From Basidiobolus meristosporus CBS 931.73 (taxonomy: Eukaryota > Fungi > Basidiobolomycota): a stretch of 59,426 nt of DNA. This document shows positions 50,208 through 57,373 of this stretch, in pieces. Position numbers and translations under genes: made by a program. Under the pieces are notes generated by a model. That model did not search any database. It saw only the letters and a list, made by a program, of their open reading frames with translations, and was not told the DNA's origin. The stretch is from positions 1-59,426 of the forward strand of contig MCFE01000550.1 of assembly GCA_002104905.1 (NCBI GenBank). The letters run 5' to 3'. Each line of letters begins with the position of its first letter. Within the stretch, counting starts at the first letter, position 1.

Positions 50208-50669
50208 ATGAGGGGAAAGCTTAAGGACCGCTACTTGGGGATCAAGACCAAAAGAGGAAGCTGCCTCTACCATAGCAGTCCTTGCGCTCCAAAGGAAGAC
50301 CAAGAGTCTATTATAGACAAAGATTGCGGCAAGAAGAGCAGTACAATTACCAGTTCTGGTAGTGGTACCTTTGGAAGTCCCAAATACCTGGAGAAAACTT
50401 GGAAAAAATTGGCAGATGACTCAGTTGTCCTGAGGAGAAAACAAACCAATGCGATTGAGCAGTTCCAAAACAAACTTCAGCTTAGTTCTTCTTTGCCTCA
50501 CTATAAAGTACTCCAAGTGGCTTATTTGGATTATAAGCGTATGAAGAAGAATCAGGCAGAGACTGATAAATTAAGTGATAGTCAATTGCATCACTTCTTA
50601 GATCAGGTAGAGAAACAGTCGCACAGCCAAGAGACGGAACAAGAATTGACAATTACAGAAACCAAATAA
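50208..50669 (+). CDS. 153-aa ORF of unknown function inside the array, opposite in strand to the elements
   Basis: ATG-initiated open frame followed by an AT-rich tail with AATAAA motifs at ~50695. No family recognised; it may be a fragment. Confidence 0.35.
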   Translation: MRGKLKDRYLGIKTKRGSCLYHSSPCAPKEDQESIIDKDCGKKSSTITSSGSGTFGSPKYLEKTWKKLADDSVVLRRKQTNAIEQFQNKLQLSSSLPHYKVLQVAYLDYKRMKKNQAETDKLSDSQLHHFLDQVEKQSHSQETEQELTITETK

Positions 50670-50706
50670 TTTTGCCAATGTAGTTTTGCATTTTAATAAA
50701 ATAAAA

Positions 50707-51407
50707 GGGTAGGGGGAGACAGTCACGAACAGGTGAAATCTTTATTTCAGTTGAAACAAAGAAGCCAGCGCTACTGTTGTAGCTTTGATACAAGCGTGTG
50801 TAGCTGAGGGGAATTTGTAGGTAAGTTGATAAGAAGTGATGATAGTTCTTCAGTGCTCAAGACACTGTTCAGTGGGAAGGGGGGTAGCAAGAGAGGTAAG
50901 AATGACTTGTGAACAACATTAATGAGGGGAATGTGATAAGGATTGATATTCATCATAAAGGGAGTGTGCTGCTGCAGATATTGCTGCCAAAGGTCTGTCA
51001 AGTACTTCAGGTAGGCCAGCTTGGGTTTTTCTGACTGCAGAATATAGTGAGCAAACTTCTTGACTTCAGGATCTCCCAGTAGAGTTCTCCAGCAGGAGCC
51101 AGGTGTAGTGTGGTGTGTTCTCTTCCAGGCCTTAATCAGTGGGTTCTTGCAGTTGTGAAGTCTGAGGTATAATCTGGTTCTAAGGTAGAGAAGTCTGATC
51201 TTATAGGGCATAAACCCAAAAGCACCAAGAATAGCATGTCTGTAGGGGCATTCAGGCAAATGAGGCACCAAGGAGGTAATGCACCATACTGCAAACTTGT
51301 CAAGCTTAGTGCAGTCTCTAGAAGTAAGAGAGAGAAGTGGTAAGCCAAATTCCAGGACAGGGAAGACAAACTGCTTGAGTAGAAGGAGGCAGCTGGGAGA
51401 TGAAGTT
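50707..51407 (-). mobile_element. E4: 5'-truncated family A LINE copy (~700 bp)
   Basis: A-type terminus after gggtaggggg. It encodes the C-terminal part of family A ORF2. Confidence 0.9.
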
Positions 51408-52330
51408 AGGGGAGGGAAAGTCACCAAAGTAGGTGAAATCTTTATTTGATTTCAGACAAGTCTAACTACAAATAAAGAAGCCAGCTGGGAATAGAAGATT
51501 CCCAAAGTAAACACTAAGTTGAATATGAATAAATCTAAGCTAAAGTTAAGGCACAATCCCAGAGTACACTGGAGTTCAGGTTCATGGGGGAGTGAAGTAG
51601 ATAAGCTTGAGAGATATAATAATCTTTGAGGAAGTGGGTAACAGCAGGTGAAGGGGAGTTTTTGATAAGTGAAGTGAATCTTGAGATCAGAGATTCCTCT
51701 AATGAGAAGGTCTTGTAAACTGGAGAATCAGGAAACTCTTTGAAGGCATGGTCAGTAGGTTCCCAGTAAAACTGGTCAGAGACATTTTTAGAGAACTCTT
51801 TAGCAATACTTTTGTCAAGTACTACCTCCAGAGTGTGATGGTTGATAACTCTCATGTTGACAATCTTGGATAAGTTGTAACCTTGTTGCTTGAGATACAT
51901 CCTATGCTCAGATATAGGAATAAACTCCACATTGGCAAAGTAGCAGACAGCCCAGTCAGTAGCAGGAGGCAAATCAGAAGTGGCAGGAAACTTTCTTTTG
52001 GTCTTGGGAGGAGCAGCAGGATGTCTTGAGGAAGCAGGAACAGACTTTTTGACAACTTCAGAGTAGGAAGAGTGAGCAGGAGCAGATGATTCTTGGGGAG
52101 TCTTGTTGGCAGGAAGAGTTGGCACAGGGACAATAGATTCTTGCAGATCAGAGAAGGCAGAAAAGAGCTTTTGAACTTGTTTCTTGAGTAGAGCATTTTC
52201 AGCTTCAACAAGTGCAAGCCTTTCCTCAAGGAAAGATATCTGAAGGGAATGGAGTGAAGGCATAAGAAATAAGAAGAAGAGGGTAAGAAAGGGTGGGTGG
52301 GTGGGAAAATTAGCAGGGAGAAGAGAAGGG
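51405..52330 (-). mobile_element. E5: full-length ORF1-only element (family S), intact
   Basis: About 65-nt pyrimidine-rich 5' leader, 242-aa ORF, ~125-nt 3' UTR ending in the double hairpin and CCCCTAAC. Same 5' end as E1. Confidence 0.88.
51535..52263 (-). CDS. ORF1/Gag-like protein of family S (242 aa)
   Basis: Coiled coil (LEERLALVEAENALLKKQVQKL), low-complexity linker and a domain aligning with family A ORF1 (LPPATDWAVCYF..PISEHRMYLK..LSKIVNM..TLEVVLD versus LPPASTWTVVYL..PISNIRKALK..LSRIVNL..ILEVILD). Confidence 0.8.
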   Translation of the reverse strand: MPSLHSLQISFLEERLALVEAENALLKKQVQKLFSAFSDLQESIVPVPTLPANKTPQESSAPAHSSYSEVVKKSVPASSRHPAAPPKTKRKFPATSDLPPATDWAVCYFANVEFIPISEHRMYLKQQGYNLSKIVNMRVINHHTLEVVLDKSIAKEFSKNVSDQFYWEPTDHAFKEFPDSPVYKTFSLEESLISRFTSLIKNSPSPAVTHFLKDYYISQAYLLHSPMNLNSSVLWDCALTLA

Positions 52331-52743
52331 TTAGGGGGAGACAGTCACCAACAGGTGAAATCTTTATTTCAGTTGAAACAAAGAAGCCAGCGCTACTGTT
52401 GTAGCTTTGATACAAGAGTGTGTAGCTGAGGGGAATTTGTAGGTAGGTTAATAAGAAGTGATGATAGTTCTTCAGTGCTCAAGACACTGTTCAGTGGGAA
52501 GGGGGGTAGCAAGAGAGGTAAGAATGACTTGTGAACAACATTAATGAGGGGAATGTGATAAGGATTGATATTCATCATAAAGGGAGTGTGCTGCTGCAGA
52601 TATTGCTGCCAAAGGTCTGTCAAGTACTTCAGGTAGGCCAGCTTGGGTTTTTCTGACTGCAGAATATAGTGAGCAAACTTCTTGACTTCAGGATCTCCAA
52701 GTATAGTTCTCCAGCAGGAGCCAGGTGTAGTGTGGTGTGTTCT
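52328..52743 (-). mobile_element. E6: 5'-truncated family A copy (~415 bp)
   Basis: A-type terminus. Truncated at gtgtgttc, followed by ttagggttaggg. Confidence 0.9.
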
Positions 52744-52811
52744 TAGGGTTAGGGGGGAGACAGTCACCAACAGGTGAAATCTTTATTTCAGTTGAAACAA
52801 AGAAGCCAGCG

Positions 52812-55581
52812 CTACTGTTGTAGCTTTGATACAAGAGTGTGTAGCTGAGGGGAATTTATAGGTAAGTTAATAAGAAGTGATGATAGTTCTTCAGTGCTCA
52901 AGACACTGTTCAGTGGGAAGGGGGGTAGCAAGAGAGGTAAGAATGCCTTGTGAACAACATTAATGAGGGGAATATGATATGGATTGATATTCATCATAAA
53001 GGGAGTGTGCTGCTGCAGATATTGCTGCCAAAGGTCTGTCAAGTACTTCAGGTAGGCCAGCTTGGGTTTTTCTGACTGCAGAATATAGTGAGCAAACTTC
53101 TTGACTTCAGGATCTCCAAGTATAGTTCTCCAGCAGGAGTCAGGTGTAGTGTGGTGTGTTCTCTTCCAGGCCTTAATCAGTGGGTTGTTGCAGTTGTGAA
53201 GTCTGAGGTATAATCTGGTTCTAAGGTAGAGAAGTCTGATCTTATAGGGCATAAACCCAAAAGCACCAAGAATAGCATGTCTGTAGTGGCATTCAGGCAA
53301 ATGAGGCACCAAGGAGGTAATGCACCATACTGCAAACTTGTCAAGCTTAGTGCAGTCTCTAGAAGTAAGAGAGAGAAGTGGTAAGCCAAATTCCAGGACA
53401 GGGAAGACAAACTGCTTGAGTAGAAGGAGGCAGCTGGGAGCTGAAGTTGTAGGAGGAGTAACAGCCAGTAGCTTGTGGAGTGCCTGTCTTGCCAGGATAA
53501 TTCTCTTCTTCAGGTGTGCTCCAGAGTCTAGTCCAGTAGGAAGGAAAGGAAAGCCAAGATATGTAGCAGAAACCTGAGCAGGTAGAGTGGAGTTCTCCAA
53601 GTTGATGGGAGAGCCCAAAGGTACTGTCTTTGCAATGGAAAGCTGGAGATTATTCTTCTGCAGATACTGGTGGATGGTCTGGGAGTCTTGTTGCACATTG
53701 GAGGAGGATATTCTGATGTCATCAGCAAAGAGAGTAACCAGGCAGTCAGCTGAGAGTCTTGGGAAATCATTCAGGAAGATGGCAAACAGTATAGGACCAA
53801 GCATAGAGCCTTGAACCACTCCATTAGGAACTGAGAACACAGCTGATTGCTCACTTGGGTGCAGAATTCTTGCTTGTGGATCCAGAAACAGAGACCTGAC
53901 AAGGAGGGTGAGAGAGGTACTGGAGAAGCATTGCAACTTGGACCAAAGCAGATTTCTGTCAACTGAATCAAAGGCCTTAGTAATATCAAACAGAACAGAG
54001 GGATACTTGCACTGGAGAGAGTGATCTTGGCTAAGTATGACTGCATATTCCAAGGAGAGGCCAGGAACAAAGCCAAACTGTGCAGGATGAAACTTGAGAG
54101 AGTCAGAGTAGAGCTCCTGAGCAAGCAGAAGCTCAAACACCTTTCTGCAGGTGGGCAGCAGAGATATTGGCCTGTAGGAGCTAGGATCCAGGTGCTTTCC
54201 TTTACCCTTGTACAGTGGCAGAACATTTGCAAAGGACCATTCCTCAGGAGTAGAAAGCTGGGCTGAGCATTGCTGAAACAGTGGAAGCAGAAGTGCAGAC
54301 ATGGCCTTGGTACTAGTCTTCAGAAGCTCATAGGAGATTGTGTCCACACCTGGAGCTGTAGAGTTGGGAAGCCTCTTGAGCACATTATGGATTCTCCTTT
54401 GATCAAGTGCAAGTGGGATGGGCAGAGTCTTGAAGTCAGGATGAAAGCCAGGAGTTGAGTACTGCTTTGTAGAGAAGAAGATGTTAGCCAGCTGTTCTGT
54501 TGAAGGTAACTTCCTGGAAGAGGGCCTCATTGCCCTGTAGAGTCTTGATACTGTTCTTGTTATAGAGTTGGAAGATTGCAGAGGCAAGGAACTCATAATA
54601 TGATCCCAGAGCTGAGTATGCAGAGTGTGGTGAATTGCCTTGGAGTGGTGTATTGCTGTCAGGAGGAGTTTCTCTGTTTTTGGGTTAGGGAAACTCAGGT
54701 AGCTTTGTTGCAGGGCTAAAACAATGGATTCCCATTTTCTTGAGGTAACAGCAGTAGTCTTGCATGGCAGTGAGAGGGAGGCAGACACCAGAATCAGATG
54801 CTTCACAAAGAGCCAGGCATAGTTGAGATCATCTGGCAGAGAAAGTAGCAAACTTGCAAGCTTCAAGTAGTTCCCAAAGTCTTTCTTCTGATTCTTAGTA
54901 GCTTTGTGGGTGAGCACAGTAAGTTTTGGCAGCTTCCTCTTCACAACTGGTTGCATAGAAAGGGACCAGGCTGGGTGGTCAGAGGCTCTCAAGGATCCTA
55001 GCTCAGCTCCAGAGAATTGCTTAACTTCATTCACAAAGTAGAGGGCAGCAGCAGAAGGGCAGATCCAGTCAACACATCTTTTCTCAGATTGAGCACCTAG
55101 TGCTAGCAGGTGGCTTTCTCTCAGGAAGTTCAGTAGGAATGTAGACCTTGGCTTCATTCTTGCAGTCAGAGTAGTCTTGTTCTCAGGATGGGGAATGTTG
55201 AGATCTCCAAGCAAGATAACAGGTGTTGATATAGATTGTTGGTATTGCTGAACCTTCTGGCATATAACTTGCACTTCCTGAAGGGCAAGACTTGGAGGCA
55301 GATAGCAGAGTACCAGACTGATAGTTGGCAACTGGAGAGCAGTCACAGTAAGGGGAGTAAAGAGGAACACAGAGCTGAGGAGTATTGATGGTAGAAGAGA
55401 TGAAGCAGATAGAGGAGGTATTCTTTGTTCTAGGAGTAGAAAAGCAATATAGATTAGTCAAAAGTATAGAGGGTAGCTGAACATCAATCAAACACAGGAG
55501 GGAAAATCTTGAAAGAAGTCTCTCTAGAGTTGGTCTTGATGGCTGTATGCTGTTGCAGTTAAGCAACAGAACTTCAGGTAG
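52812..55581 (-). CDS. Family A ORF2: APE endonuclease plus reverse transcriptase (one +1 frameshift near 55370-55400)
   Basis: APE motifs LLNCNS, LCLID, CYLPP, ILLGDLN, VDWI and SDH. RT motifs TAPGVDTI, YRPISLL, QFGF, DITKAFDSV, GVVQGSMLGPILF and FADD. Confidence 0.9.
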
Positions 55582-56464
55582 TCAGGCAGAGGTTGTAGCT
55601 TCTTCAGAGGCAGCATTGATAATGTGACCTGCAGAGTCCCAGAGCTCTTCAAATGGTGCATCACTTAAGTCAGCAAGGAGGGAAATGGCATGATTCTTGA
55701 GGAAGTATGCCACATCATAGGAGGGGGCTTGTCTCTTGATGGCAGCAAAGAAAGACAGAATGGCAACATGGGCTGGAGGCTTGTTGAACAGTAGAGAGTC
55801 AGAGGATTCAGATTCTTCAGGCACAATCTTGAAGTCAGTTTTCAGCCAGTTAAGGTTCTTCTCCACAAAGGCAACAAATGGGTCAGCAATGTTTTGGTCT
55901 AGGATAACCTCCAGAATCTTCCCTTTTCTCCAGGCCAGGTTGACAATTCTTGAGAGCTGAATATTGCATGCCTTGAGTGCTTTCCTGATGTTGGAAATGG
56001 GGGTCCAGGGAACTTGCTTCAAGTACACCACAGTCCAGGTAGAAGCTGGTGGTAGGTTTGCTGGGGGCTTGTAAGTCCTTCTGTGTTGCAATGGAGCTGC
56101 AGTAGTCAGATTGGAGTCCACATTCTCAGTAGAAGGTTTTCTTGATGTATCTTGCTGAATAGTACTGGAGCTGGATGTGCTGATAATTCTTGCTAGAACC
56201 TTGCCTGCATAAGGTCTGAGGTATAGCTGAGGTGACTGTAGAGGTGGTGGCAGCTGGTGCAGGTGGAGAGGCAGAGACTGAAGCAGGAACTGAGGTCACC
56301 TGGGAGAAGGCAGTGGAAGCAGGTTTTCTGGGAGGAACAGAGTTCGCTATCCAGTTGTTCTGTAAAACACTGGAGTAGCTTTTCTGTGGAACAGGATCTT
56401 GCTCTTGAACAGGAACATAAGCAGGAGGCTGGGGCTGAGCAGTAGTGGTAAGGCAGTGGCACTC
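55582..56464 (-). CDS. Family A ORF1 (5'-truncated; one frameshift between 56126 and 56296)
   Basis: KSYSSVL and a Ser/Thr/Pro-rich linker, then the conserved domain shared with family S ORF1. Ends at TGA 55582. Confidence 0.75.
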
Positions 56465-57373
56465 AGGGTTAGGGGGGAGACAGTCACCGACAGGTGAAAT
56501 CTTTATTTCAGTTGAAACAAAGAAGCCAGCGCTACTGTTGTAGCTTTGATACAAGAGTGTGTAGCTGAGGGGAATTTGTAGGTAAGTTAATAAGAAGTGA
56601 TGATAGTTCTTCAGTGCTCAAGACACTGTTCAGTGGGAAGGGGGGTAGCAAGAGAGGTAAGAATGACTTGTGAACAACATTAATGAGGGGAATGTGATAA
56701 GGATTGATATTCATCATAAAGGGAGTGTGCTGCTGCAGATATTGCTGCCAAAGGTCTGTCAAGTACTTCAGGTAGGCCAGCTTGGGTTTTTCTGACTGCA
56801 GAATAAAGTGAGCAAACTTCTTGACTTCAGGATCTCCAAGTATAGTTCTCCAGCAGGAGCCAGGTGTTGTGTGGTGTGTTCTCTTCCAGGCCTTAATCAG
56901 TGGGTTGTTGCAGTTGTGAAGTCTGAGGTATAATCTGGTTCTAAGGTAGAGAAGTCTGATCTTATAGGGCATAAACCCAAAAGCACCAAGAATAGCATGT
57001 CTGTAGTGGCATTCAGGCAAATGAGGCACCAAGGAGGTAATGCACCATACTGCAAGCTTGTCAAGCTTAGTGCAGTCTCTAGAAGTAAGAGAGAGAAGTG
57101 GTAAGCCAAATTCCAGGACAGGGAAGACAAACTGCTTGAGTAGAAGGAGGCAGCTGGGAGCTGAAGTTGTAGGAGGAGTAACAGCCAGTAGCTTGTGGAG
57201 TGCCTGTCTTGCCAGGATAATTCTCTTCTTCAGGTGTGGTCCAGAGTCTAGTCCAGTAGGAAGGAAAGGAAAGCCAAGATATGTAGCAGAAACCTGAGCA
57301 GGTAGAGTGGAGTTCTCCAAGTTGATGGGAGAGCCAAAGGTACTGTCTTGCATGGAAGCTGGAGATTATTCTT
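56465..57373 (-). mobile_element. E8: 5'-truncated family A copy (~900 bp)
   Basis: A-type terminus after agggttagggggg. 273-aa C-terminal ORF2 fragment. Confidence 0.9.

Larger units (their letters stand above)
52743..56464 (-). mobile_element. E7: near-full-length family A APE-type non-LTR retrotransposon (~3.7 kb; ORF1 5'-truncated)
   Basis: ORF1, then APE and RT, a ~55-nt 3' UTR with the double hairpin, and a telomeric unit at each end. Confidence 0.93.

Noticed and set aside
50707-57373. LTR retrotransposon or simple tandem duplication explaining the repeated blocks
   Set aside because: There are no TG..CA ends, PBS or integrase. Copies share 3' ends but differ in 5' truncation and point substitutions, as expected for independent TPRT events.
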